This document shows, one piece after another, positions 32,519 through 43,774 of a DNA stretch of 64,000 bases. Positions within the stretch are counted from its first letter, which is position 1. Each line of letters starts with the position of its first letter. Source of the DNA: an uncultured Phycisphaerales bacterium (GTDB taxonomy: Bacteria; Planctomycetota; Phycisphaerae; Tepidisphaerales; Tepidisphaeraceae); NCBI GenBank assembly GCA_963792535.1, contig CAWBWQ010000001.1, positions 128,001 to 192,000 of the forward strand. Reading direction: 5' to 3'. The notes beneath the pieces were generated by a model. It did not search any database. It was not told where the DNA came from and saw only the letters and a list, made by a program, of their open reading frames with translations. Both the position numbers and the translations under genes were made by a program.

Positions 32519-32612
32519 TAACCGCTGTCAAAGACTCCCGACCCCTTTGAATTCCGTAACCGCTGTCAAAGACTCCCGACCCCTTTGATTTCCCCGACCC
32601 CTTTGAATTCCC
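32519..32612. repeat. REP-like class-1 tandem array at RAYT 5' end
   Basis: 2x TAACCGCTGTCAAAGACTCCCGACCCCTTTGA plus CCCGACCCCTTTGA; inverted relative to 31749..31822. Confidence 0.9.
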
Positions 32613-32617
32613 GCGGT

Positions 32618-34053
32618 TCAGCGGCCGTGCTTTGCGGTGCCACGCCGGCGTGCGAGCGAAAGCAGCCCGAGCGCGAGCACGCCGATCGATCCCGGTTCAG
32701 GTACGGCGGTGAAGGTGACGTTGTAAGCAAAGGCCTGACCGGGTGTGCCGAAGGGGGCGGATTGGTCGGTTTGAACGGTCAGCAACGCCGAGTAGGTGCC
32801 GGGAGGAAGTGCGGCTGCGTTGGAGACGGACAGATCGATGCCGGTGGTGCCCAGCTCGTAAAGGATGGTGTCGGGCGTGAAACCGGTGATCTGGAAATCG
32901 GCGGCCTGTGGTCCGGACAACTGCGCGGATAACAGCGACAGCGCGGTCAGCGCGTCGGCGGTTCCAAGATCAGTGGATTCATTGGTGACCTGCAGGGCAG
33001 ATGGGCCGGCGGTGAGGCTGATGGTTGGAGACGGGGCGGCGAAGTAGATCGGGCCGACAATGCCATTGCTGCCGCGCGGGGCGGAGACTGAAGCGGATCG
33101 CGGCGCGACAGAAGCGACGTGACTTGAAGTGCCCGCAGGATCAGCGATGGGATTGACCGCCCCCACTGTGGGAGAATAGGTGCCCACCGGCGCTGGTGTG
33201 GCGGCGGTGGCGGCGAAACCAGCGACAAAATATCCCGGCATGGCCGGCTGCGCAGAAGTGCGCCGGTGCCCGGAACAAAATATCCAGGCGGTGCGATGCT
33301 TGGGATGCTTGAACCGGTAGTGGCCGTGAAGTAACCGGGTTGGCAGGTGGTGGGGCTGCTCGCTGCCGGTGTGCTGACGTAGGTTCACGCCGGTGCCAGG
33401 GTATAGCTGGACGATCCGGAACTGGGAACAAATGTGCCCACCGGCACCGCGGTTTGGGAAGAAGACCCAGGTTTGGGCACGTAATAGCCTGGCATTGCTG
33501 GTATATCCGACGCTGCCGCGGCGTTTGGAACGTAGTAACCCGCCGGAGCGATCATGGCTGAGGTTGCGCCGGTGCCCGGAACAAAATATCCAGGCGATGC
33601 GATGCTTGGGAAGCTTGAACCGGTAGTGGCCGTGAAGTAACCGGGTTGGCAGGTGGTAGGGCTGCTCGCTGCCGGTGTGCTGACATAGGTTCCCGCCGGT
33701 GCCAGGGTATAGCCGGACGATCCGGAACTGGGAACAAATGTGCCCACCGGTGCCGCGGTTTGAAACGAGGCAGCGGAATTAGGCACATAGTACCCAGCCA
33801 TGGCGGCCCGCTGGGAAGTGGCACCAGCGTTTGGGACGAAGTATCCCAACGCCGCGGGCGTCGCCGCCAGCGCACCGGCGCTGGAAGTGTAATAACCAGG
33901 ACTGCAAAGCGACGCCCCCGCCGCCAGGCCGCCGTTGGGGTTGTAATAGCCCGGCGAACAAAGCTGGGCTGAAAGATTCGAGGCGGTCATCAGGACCAGC
34001 GTTACCACCGGCATCCAGAACCGGCGGCCCGCCGAAAAAGTAAACGTTTTCAT
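32618..34053 (-). CDS. PEP-CTERM protein with 17-aa GCC2/GCC3-like repeats and an Ig-like domain (in-frame TGA at 33385, frameshift near 33255)
   Basis: Signal peptide; (C/A).PG(Y/T)(Y/F)V repeats; VPEPGS+TM+RRR. Confidence 0.8.
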
Positions 34054-34259
34054 TGTCCTCACCCTTATCCCTGCCCTTTGGGTTGTGTCCGGCTGAACGC
34101 ATGGAGCCGATGTGTGCCCCACCGGCAAAACATTTAGGTTCGTATCGTAATAACTCGATTATGCCGATTCAACGCTATTGTTTCGCTATTGTTGAGAATC
34201 TTTTGCCCCGATGAAACCGGTCACGCTGAGGTGACCTCAAGGTTTGCAAAATCGGCCAA

Positions 34260-34357
34260 GTCATTCAAAGGGGTCGGGTGTCTTTTCAAAGACATCTCTC
34301 CCGACCCCTTTGATTTCCCCCCGACCCCTTTGATTTCCCGACCCCTTTGATTTCCCC
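34260..34357. repeat. REPIN-like hairpin plus tandem REP ends
   Basis: TCAAAGGGGTCGGGTGTCTT..AAGACA..CCCGACCCCTTTGA then 2 more CCCGACCCCTTTGATTTCCC. Confidence 0.9.
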
Positions 34358-34586
34358 TCACAAACTGCCCTCAGGAGAACATCGTCGTCGGATGAAAAAG
34401 TATCGCGATTATCGTTACGGTCAACGTTGGCAGGTCGAAACTGTGATGAGCATGATCAAACGCAACCTGGGCAGCTTCGTCGCCGCACGCAGCGATCAAG
34501 CACGCAGTAAAGAGACGATGTCGAAAGTGCTAACGCACAATCTGACGCTACTCGTTGCGGCTTTAATTAGGCTTTTCTACAGAGCA
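34358..34586 (+). pseudogene. 3' fragment of an IS5-like transposase with element end
   Basis: YGQRWQVETVMSMIKRNLG..KVLTHN; ends TTCTACAGAGC. Confidence 0.75.
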
Positions 34587-34596
34587 ACTCCCGACC

Positions 34597-35615
34597 GGCT
34601 CTGTCTCGACCCTCACTCCAGCTTGGCTAACAGCATCAGATTGTGAGTGATCGCCATCAGCCTTTGCTCTAGCTTTCGCGCGGGTGCTGCGGCTGCGAAG
34701 GCTGTCTCCAAGGTTCCGTTTGAGCATGCTCATTACCGTCTCGGCTTGGGCGCGGCAGCCATAGGGCTGGCCCTTCTGCGAGCCGCTAATCAAATAGTGC
34801 ATCATTCGGCGATAATGGCCCGACGGTGCTTTGCTGGTCTGGCGACCAACGCCAGTCTTGATGTACGACCGGATTCCCATTTGCTCGCGTGCTGTCACAT
34901 GGTTGGCTTCTGAATCATATCCGGCATCGGCGTAGACGCACCAGACACGGTGGCGACGAGTCGCCTGCCGGAGCACCGGAACAAAGTCTGGCGCGTCGCT
35001 TCCCATGCCGGTCTTGGCCATCGCGTCAAGGATCACGTGCGACGCCACATCGGTCGCCAGAACGAGCTTGGGTGATTTCGCGCGGTGCGACTGCGCATTG
35101 TGTCTGCCGAGGTCTTGTCGCTCTCGCGGCGATGCCGCAGGCGACGCTCATAGTGGCGGCTGCGATGGTGGGTGTCATACAGCGTGGAATCGATGGCCGC
35201 GTCGGTCCCCAGCACTTTGCATTGCTCGAACCAACTGGCCAGCAGATCGAGCAGGCGACTGGTGCGGGCAAGTGTCACGATGCTGTGAAACGCGCGGCAC
35301 AGCGTGTTGTGATCCGGAGGCCGGGGCATGCCGATCAACTTGCACCAGTCGGTGTCTGTCAGAAGCGACTCGACGCCGCGATAGCTACAGTGCATCAGCT
35401 CGCGTACCACCAAACACGCGAACAACTGGGCCAGAGTGAAATCCTTGCGACTGCATGGGCTGGAATGAGCTGGCAGAACACGCTGCGCTAAACGATAAGC
35501 CAGCTGCATCACCTTCCATGGCGATTTTGAGGTCTCCATGCTGTAGTGTGTATTGCGCGTTGCACCGCCGCGCGAGCGAACAAAATGCGGACAGATAGAG
35601 GGTCGAGACAGAGCC
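34597..35615 (-). mobile_element. IS5-family element (IS903-like ends), copy 1
   Basis: 18-bp TIR GGCTCTGTCTCGACCCTC; 9-bp TSD CTCCCGACC; DDE motifs IDST, ADAGYDSE, Y..R..AET..S.LKR. Confidence 0.9.
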
Positions 35616-35773
35616 CTCCCGACCCCTTTGAATTAACCGACCCCTTTAATCGTCCCTGACTGGAGACCCTTTGGCAACACCAGAAGCGGCTAATGCGGGC
35701 GTGCAGGCGCAACCTTCGACGAGTCGTCCACACAAGAAGCGCCCCACCGGTGCCGTAGTTCGCTACATAGTAG

Positions 35774-36151
35774 GTCATTCAAAGGGGTCGGGAGTCTTTT
35801 CAAAGACTCCCGACCCCTTTGATTTCCCCGCGATTATCGTTACGGTCAACGTTGGCAGGTCGAAACTGTGATGAGCATGATCAAACGCAACCTGGGCAGC
35901 TTCGTCGCCGCACGCAGCGATCAGCACGCAGTAAAGAGACGATGTTGAAAGTGCTAACGCACAATCTGATGCTACTCGTTGCGGCTTTAATTAGGCTTTT
36001 CTACAGAGCAACTCCCGACCCCTTTAATCGTCCCTGACTGGAGACCCTTTGGCAACACCAGAAGCGGCTAATGCGGGCGTGCAGGCGCAACCTTCGACGA
36101 GTCGTCCACACAAGAAGCGCCCCACCGGTGCCGTAGTTCGCTGCATAGTAG
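35774..36151. repeat. Second unit of a tandem duplication (REPIN + IS fragment + REP + ~120 bp)
   Basis: Near-identical to 34260..34596 plus 35637..35773. Confidence 0.9.
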
Positions 36152-36559
36152 ATCAACGGTCCTCGCATTACGCAGGTCACACGGCTCATCACCCACAGCC
36201 CGCGTAAATTCAGGAATCGCAAACACAGTGACGGCTGGGGCAGTGACAAATGTACAGCTCTTATTGACCATTTTTTGTTTGAAGTCTTCGTTACAGATGC
36301 TACAGTTTAGCCCGCAGGCGGCGTGATGGATTCGATCTGCCTCGCAGTGACTACAATGTTCCGGGCGGAACGACTCTCGATCGCGTTAGTCGGCTTAACT
36401 TTATCCCTCTGATTTTCGCATTTGGCTCTCGCGTTTGTGCGCGGGATGCCGCGGCATACACCTCGACCCACCGTCGAAGGTCATGCCTTTCACTCCTGGC
36501 GGAGTGTTACGTCTCGGACCGCGATCCCATGCGGCCCTCGTACAAGGAAGGAACTTTTC

Positions 36560-39500
36560 ATGCTCGGACTCTCGCGGAACCTACGGCGGACTCAATCTTC
36601 CTCAAATCTTTCTTCGGACAAACGCAAACGCGGACGGTCGGCGGTCCAATCGGCCATCGAATTGATGGAAAACCGGTTGTTGATGAGCTCCGGACCCGTC
36701 ATCCGCACCTGGGTAAACCCTTATACCGGACAGACCGTCACTTCCAGTTGCTACATGTGCCAATACCTCGATCCAATGATGCCGGATTCGGCTGCCACGA
36801 ATGTCGCGGTGAAGAGCGGTAACTGGTCTGATCCTTCCACCTGGCAAAACGGGGCCGTTCCCGCCGCCAACGCGGATGTTCTTATTCCCGCAGGGATCAC
36901 CGAGACCGTTGATGGTGTCATCGCCGCACGCCTGAAATGGGTTCACGTTTACGGGGCTTTACAATTTGCAACAAACGTGAACACCGCACTTAACGTCGAA
37001 ACCCTTTGGACAGACGATGGCGCGATTTTGACCATCGGCACCGCCGCGAATCCGATCGCCGCGAATGTCACCGCCAAGGTAAATTTCATCGATACCGGTG
37101 CAACCGATCGAGTTTGGGACCCAGAGTGGCTTAGCCGGGGGCTCCTATCGATGGGTTTCACCACAATGTATGGCTCGACCGTGACGCCATATGTTGCCCT
37201 TTCGCAGCCCGCGACGGCTGGCAGTACCGATCTGGTAATTCCCACTCCGACAGGTTGGAACGTCGGCGACAGCCTGGTCCTGGGTGGCACCACCCCCACC
37301 TCGAACCAAGACGAACAGCTCACGGTTCTTGGAATCAGCTCTCTCGGTAACGGGCTCTCTGATGTGAAGGTCAGCGCGCTGAAATATAGCCACGTTGCGC
37401 CAAACTCAAACCTCAATGTGTACCTCACTGACACCACGCGCAATGTGATATTTAACTCCGAAAACACCGCGGTCGACCGGCGTGGACACGTCATGTTCAT
37501 GGACATGCCGACAGTCAATATCAATTACATCGCCTTTGATAATCTGGGTCGCACCGATAAGAGTAAGCCCATCAACGACCCCGTGCTCGATGCCAATGGT
37601 CAGTTGGTACCTGGCACCGGCACCAACCCGCGGGCAAGGTATTCGGTGCATTTTCACCTGGTCGGGACCAATGCCGCTAACGGCGAATCCACCGTTACGG
37701 GATGCAGCGTCGTCAACAGCCCCGGCTGGGGTTACGACAATCACGGTAGCTACGTCGATTTCGAAGACAACACCGCCTACAACGTGTACGGCACCGCGTT
37801 CGTCGCCGAACGGGGTGATGAGATCGGCACTTACAACGGCAATCTGGCGATCCGCGGTACCGGCGACGGCACCGGGCTTGGCAACATGAATGGCCGACGC
37901 GGGAACATGGACTTCGGACATGAAGGCGAAGGATTCTGGTTCCAGGGCACCAACACCACCGTCACCAACAATATCGCCCTCGGAATGCCAGAGGCCGGAT
38001 TCGTCTACTACCCAATCAACGGCATGCAGTTCGACCACCAGAGCGAAATCGACATTGCCGCGGCAAATTTCGATTCCGACGCGGCGGCTGCTTTTCCAGG
38101 CGCAACCAGCGTCCCGGCGTGGGAAGTTGGTGTCCGCGACTTTGATGGTAATACCACCTACGCCTCGGGCAATGGCTTTGAAGCGGTCTACGATCACACC
38201 AAAAACGTCAATGTGTTCAAAAATTCCACAGCTTGGAATGTAAATAACGGCTTCTTTGCTCCGTACTCCTACAACGCAATTGGTGGGCCCCACACTAACA
38301 TCATCTTGCAGAACCTTACGCTCCTCGGCAATCTAAATACCCCGTCCGGTACGGGCATTTCAGGCAACACCAATACGGGCGATATGGCACTGGATAACGT
38401 GACCGTCGAGGGTTTCAACACCGGCTGGGGCGTGGATAGTCACGGCCTCAATGCCGTGAACGGCGGTATCTTCGAGAATATTACCGACTTCGTCTTCACG
38501 CGACCGGCACAAAATGGCCAGACCGGTGGGTACGATGGAAACAACTTCATTCCCTTCGACGGCACTACACAGTTTATCACCCTCGGTGCCGCCGCCCTGA
38601 ACGGGAAAACCCATTACCAGTACTACTTCAACGGCAATGGCTGGGTCTCTCAATACGATATTCAGCGAGACTTCTTCGCCACCATGATCAATTTCACCGG
38701 CGGCCCGAATGCCGGGCAGCAACTCTACTTCCCAGAGCAGGCCGCGAGTTATGTGCCGTTCGCCACCGGCACCGCGCTGTCGACGATTCCTTCAACGATG
38801 CTCGATAAGACCAACGCACAACTGATGGCACAGTACGGCATTGCCGTCGGTAACCAGGCGGCACCTGCCAACGCCACCGCCGTGCCACTGTCGAATGGTT
38901 TGATGGGTGCGGTATCCGTCTTCAGATCACCTTCTCGCGTTAGCAAAGAATACGTGTCCGGCAGCAGTTACCTGCTGCAGTACACGGATCAGAACGGGAC
39001 TCGTGTCAACGAAACCACCGCCTCAACGCTTGTCAACGGTTGGAATCTGCTGACCCGCACGGTCAACGGACTATTGGTTTCGTTCCCGGTCTTTGCGGAT
39101 GTCAATCCGGTGACGCCCGCCTTCACACCCTCTTCACCGCTAACGCTGATGCTGCCAGTTGCTTCCGAGGCCAACGGGTATACCCTCACCGGCTCGTTCT
39201 TCGATCCGTCCGGCGGGCCTACCTCGTTCAGCCAGACCTTCACCGGCGCCCAGCTTCAGGCGGCGACCGTAAATCAGCGCACCGACGGCTCGTACTATAT
39301 CATTCTCCCCGGTGTCACTTATAAAGACCAAGCGGGCACCACCTTCTCAAACATCCCGATTCCGTTGACGCTGACCACCCCGTATGCCCCGCTGGGTGCC
39401 TTCAGCAGCACGCTCGACATCGGCTCGCCGGCCCAGGCAGGGTCGGGCGCATTTGACGGCTCCACTTATACCGTCGTTGGCGGCGGTAGCGATATCTGGG

Positions 39501-40494
39501 CGCCTCCGATCAGTTCCACTTCGTATCCACCCTCATCAACGGCGACGAAACCTTCACCGCGCGGGAAACTTCCGTCAGCAGCAGCAACAGCCAGCCGTGG
39601 GCCAAGGCCGGTCTGATGATACGGGCTGACACCTCCGCAACCGCCGCGTTTGCAAACGTGCTCGTCACACCCGGTGGTAATGTGAGCTTCCAATATCGCA
39701 GCACCGTTGGCGGTAGTACCACCCAAAGCTATATCAGCGGCGTGACCGGTCCGGTCTGGCTTAAGCTGGTACGCAGCGGTAATACGTTCTCTGCGTATTA
39801 CACCACCGTTGCCAGCCCAACTTCAACAGACTGGATTCAGGTCGGCACAACCCAGACAATCTCCATGGCCACCTCTGTGCAGGCCGGCTTATCTGTGACA
39901 AACCACAGCACCACCGGATCATGCACCGCGACGTTCACCAACGTGCAGTTGTCCCGCGCCTCCGTGAATCTGTCATCCGCCTTCACCAACATCGGAATCG
40001 CCACGGATGGGACAACTTTCACCAATGGCAATAGCCTCGATTTCGGCGGTAGCTCGCTTTCTGGAAACCTCCTGGGTACCTCGGTCAACTGGAACGGCAA
40101 CACGTTCAACCTTGGTTCGCCCGGCACCAATGATCTTATCGTGGGTCTGGGTCAAACCCTCACCGTGCCGACCGGCAATTACAGTTCGCTTCAACTGCTC
40201 GCAGATGCCGCCAGAGGTGGTCTGGGAAATCAGGTCTTCACCATCACTTACACCGATGGCACCACCCAGACCTTCACACAAAGCATCAGTGACTGGGCCT
40301 CAAACGGAACCAACCCGGGTGAATCGGTTGCGGTGAGCATGCCATACTTTGATTCCGCTGCAGGAACAACGCAAACCGGAACCCGCCGGGTGTATGGCTA
40401 CAACTTCGCCTTGAATCCTGCGAAGACGCTGGAAAGCATCACCCTCCCCAACAACACCAACTTCAAACTGTTTGCGATGGACGTAGTGGCTTAA
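36560..40494 (+). CDS. Large G8-domain, parallel beta-helix protein with C-terminal beta-sandwich modules; frameshift near 39500
   Basis: IELMENRLLMS; SGNWSDPSTW..G.VP; RRGHVMFM, LGRTDK, RYSVHFH, SPGWG..NH.S; WAKAGLMIR, GPVWLKLVRSGNTF. Confidence 0.85.
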
Positions 40495-40519
40495 CTTCAC
40501 TTCCCAGAAGCACCAGACG

Positions 40520-40556
40520 ACCCCCGGGACTGAATCAGACAGTCCCGGGGTTTTTG
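40520..40556 (+). terminator. Intrinsic terminator
   Basis: CCCCGGGACTG...CAGTCCCGGGG followed by TTTTT. Confidence 0.8.
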
Positions 40557-40804
40557 TTGCGCTCCCCAGAATGGCAGACACAAAGCTACATCTACCGTTA
40601 AATGATGGGGAGGTTAGCGAAGGGAAGCAGGTCTAATTTTCAATGAAGCGAGCGATTGCACCCATCGTCGTCGGACTGATACTCTTTGGTTCATGCCACG
40701 ATCAAAGACCAGCACTTAACTTCGATCTCAAACGTGCTAACTGCTTCGCCAGAACAGGCTGCGGCGTAACGATCTAAATGAAAAATGACCCCTTTATGTC
40801 GTTC

Positions 40805-40869
40805 CCCGCAGCCCGGTTCCAAATATGATAAACAAGACCACCGGGACACTGTCTGGCTTGACGAGGCAT
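40805..40869 (-). pseudogene. N-terminal remnant of a second RAYT
   Basis: MPRQARQCPGGLVYHIWNRAAG aligns with MPRRLRTSAGGIVYHVLNRAVG; REP-like motifs on both sides. Confidence 0.75.
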
Positions 40870-40907
40870 GCGAACAAAACAGCATATTTGTTGACGAAGC
40901 GGTACGT

Positions 40908-40931
40908 CTTCGCGTCCCCTTTGATTTGCCC
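40908..40931. repeat. REP-like class 2 (CTTCGCGTCCCCTTTGATTT)
   Basis: Reverse complement matches 42738..42757. Confidence 0.85.
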
Positions 40932-41195
40932 GTTGTAGGTTTTCGCCAGTTTCCGCGCGATCTGCTGCACCGAAGTTTTGCCATCGCAATGCGACCAGAC
41001 CATCTGCCCCAGCAGATCAAATTTAAAAGTCCTGGTCGCCTCGGTCGGCAACCGCAACAACCAACGGCTTTACCGCGGCTGGCGAATCTTCACCGTCAAT
41101 CGACCTTCGGTCATCTCGCCGTCAACCAATCGCAACGGTTTGGATGCCAACTGCTGCTGGCGCGTCATGCGCGGTTTGACGGGTTTGCGGAACAC
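40932..41195 (-). pseudogene. PqqD-family (RRE-like) protein, internal stop and 3' truncation
   Basis: FKFDLLGQMVWSHCDGKTSVQQIA..L; TAA near 41071; ends at REP. Confidence 0.65.
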
Positions 41196-41302
41196 TTCGA
41201 CGACGACAACTGAATTCCCGCGCGAGCCAAGCGTGGGAAACCGGGAGAATACCCAAAGGGGCGACCGCTACGCGGCGATGTACAAGTACGGCTGGCGGAG
41301 TA

Positions 41303-42205
41303 TCACCGTATCCCTGCGGCTGGTTCGGTGGTGAGTAACGGCGTTCGTGGTCCGCCGCCGTAGAGATCTCGCTCGGGCGAAGTCCATGATGTGAGAGGTT
41401 GGCCGTCAGGCCTGAGCAGTTCCCAATCGCTTTGGGGCATGTAATGGCGGCGGGGCACCAGCGTTACCGTGTCATCCGAGTTTAATCGCCCATCCAGGCT
41501 GTCGTCCGTGGTTTTCTGTCGTCCGTGGTTGTCCTCGGTCATTGTGCAATGAATGGTGAAAGCAGCGGAATCATTTGGATTCGGCTGACCGGCATACGCA
41601 CGAAATGTGAACTCGTCGAAAAGGAATTTCCGCAGCGTGATCACCTGCGCTCTCAGCGGGCTTTGAGAACTTCGCCGCGCCCGGTGTGATAACACTTACA
41701 CGCAGCCGGGCTTCGCTACCCGCACCCATAATATCAACGGCGACCAATCGTGGCAGTCCACCGCCAACATGGCGTTCATGCAGAAATGCGGTGCCGATGC
41801 ATCCGAAAGGGCTGTTCTTCATCTGAAATGTAAGATCTTGATCCCAGATTCCCGGGATAGTCGCCCAGCATTTCGGATCACCGGCGGCCCCAAAACTGCA
41901 TTGCCGTCCGATCGTGACCAACGATCGGCCAACAACATGAGAGGAGAGTCTTCCTTCCTGGTGGTGAAAACGATCAAGCTTTCCGGTGCGGCATACGACA
42001 GGCATTGGTTCTGAAAATCCAGTCCCTTTCGCAGCTCCTCCGCAGCTTGCTTTTGCTTCTGATACAACGCCCATCGATTTGCGATGATCGGAGACAGAAT
42101 CCACCACCCCGCAAGAAATGCGACGAGTCCAAGGACCGCCAGGATAACAGGCCGCGACCATGACCGCGGCGGCCTTCCATAATCGAGTTGAATCGGGCTG
42201 GTCAT
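41303..42205 (-). CDS. Hypothetical single-TM protein, several frameshifts
   Basis: QLDYGRP + TM N-terminus; AFLHER; FRAYAGQP.P.D...FTI across three frames. Confidence 0.55.
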
Positions 42206-42250
42206 AGTCGACGCATTATACAGAGTGAAGTAATGGGCGCGATGAACCGG

Positions 42251-42278
42251 AGCCCCGGATGTACATCCGGGGCTTTTT
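42251..42278. terminator. Perfect 24-bp palindrome, terminator-like
   Basis: AGCCCCGGATGTACATCCGGGGCT followed by TTTT. Confidence 0.55.
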
Positions 42279-42282
42279 CGGA

Positions 42283-42645
42283 TCACCCGCGCCATTTGTT
42301 GATGACGATGCCGTCTTTGATGTCGATGAAGACGATTTCGGTGGTTTCGTTCGTACCGCCGCCGCCGAAGATGAGGAAGACGGCTCCGCCGCTGTCGGTA
42401 TGTTCGGTGTAGATAAATTTCCAGACTTCGTCGGTTTCAGTTTTTGTTTTGGAGTTGGGCTGCCCCAGCGTGGCAGCGATCCAGCCTTCGGTGGTGCTGC
42501 CGGGTTTGATCTGGTTGAACGTTGCCTGGGCAACCCGCGTGCCGGTGTGGGTGGTGTCAGAGTGCATGGTAATCAGACAGCCGGCCAGCAGGCAAAACAT
42601 TGCCGGCAATGTTTTACGGACGATCAGGTTCGGGCGGATTTTCAT
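42283..42645 (-). CDS. BamE/SmpA-like lipoprotein
   Basis: Lipobox LAGC; I.PG.T..W....LG.P..K......W.Y. Confidence 0.75.
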   Translation of the reverse strand: MKIRPNLIVRKTLPAMFCLLAGCLITMHSDTTHTGTRVAQATFNQIKPGSTTEGWIAATLGQPNSKTKTETDEVWKFIYTEHTDSGGAVFLIFGGGGTNETTEIVFIDIKDGIVINKWRG

Positions 42646-42756
42646 TCGGGTATCCTCGGATCAAAAGCAATTCTATTGGCAAGCAAGACACGCTGGCAAT
42701 TGAATAATTAGCGTGCGGAAACGATCCGTCTTCAGGGAAATCAAAGGGGACGCGAA

Positions 42757-43774
42757 GGCTCTGTCTCGACCCTCACTCCAGCTTGGCTAACAGCATCAGA
42801 TTGTGAGTGATCGCCATCAGCCTTTGCTCTAGCTTTCGTGCGGGTGCTGCGGCTGCGAAGGCTGTCTCCAAGGTTCCGTTTGAGCATGCTCATTACCGTC
42901 TCGGCTTGGCGCGGCAGCCATAGGGCTGGCCCTTCTGCGAGCCGCTAATCAAATAGTGCATCATTCGGCGATAATGGCCCGACGGTGCTTTGCTGGTCTG
43001 GCGACCAACGCCAGTCTTGATGTACGACCGGATTCCCATTTGCTCGCGTGCTGTCACATGGTTGGCTTCTGAATCATATCCGGCATCGGCGTAGACGCAC
43101 CAGACACGGTGGCGACGAGTCGCCTGCCGGAGCACCGGAACAAAGTCTGGCGCGTGCGCTTCCCATGCCGGTCTTGGCCATCGCGTCAAGGATCACGTGC
43201 GACGCCACATCGGTCGCCAGAACGAGCTTGGGTGATTTGCGCGGTGCAACTGCACATTGTGTCTGCCGAGGTATTGTCGCTCTCGCGGCGATGCCGCAGG
43301 CGACGCTCATAGTGGCGGCTGCGATGGTGGGTGTCATACAGCGTGGAATCGATGGCCGCGTCGGTCCCCAGCACTTTGCATTGCTCGAACCAACTGGCCA
43401 GCAGATCGAGCAGGCGACTGGTGCGGGCAAGTGTCACGATGCTGTGAAACGCGCGGCACAGCGTGTTGTGATCCGGAGGCCGGGGCATGCCGATCAACTT
43501 GCACCAGTCGGTGTCTGTCAGAAGCGACTCGACGCCGCGATAGCTACAGTGCATCAGCTCGCGTACCACCAAACACGCGAACAACTGGGCCAGAGTGAAA
43601 TCCTTGCGACTGCATGGGCTGGAATGAGCTGGCAGAACACGCTGCGCTAAACGATAAGCCAGCTGCATCACCTTCCATGGCGATTTTGAGGTCTCCATGC
43701 TGTAGTGTGTATTGCGCGTTGCACCGCCGCGCGAGCGAACAAAATGCGGACAGATAGAGGGTCGAGACAGAGCC
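42757..43774 (-). mobile_element. IS5-family element, copy 2
   Basis: Near-identical to 34597..35615, same TIRs; flanked by inverted class-2 REPs, no TSD. Confidence 0.9.

Noticed and set aside
33385..33387. In-frame TGA as selenocysteine or recoding
   Set aside because: The duplicated repeat has GGA (Gly) at this position; substitution or read error is simpler
34980..35100. Programmed frameshift in the IS transposase
   Set aside because: Indels differ between the two copies and no slippery motif is evident; consistent with read error
31749..36034. CRISPR array interpretation of the CCCGACCCCTTTGA repeats
   Set aside because: No regular unique spacers, both orientations occur, no cas genes; a RAYT is adjacent
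36150..36560. Riboswitch upstream of the G8 gene
   Set aside because: No recognisable c-di-GMP or other aptamer consensus
40932..41195. RiPP cluster implied by the PqqD-like gene
   Set aside because: Gene is broken and no radical SAM enzyme, precursor or transporter is nearby
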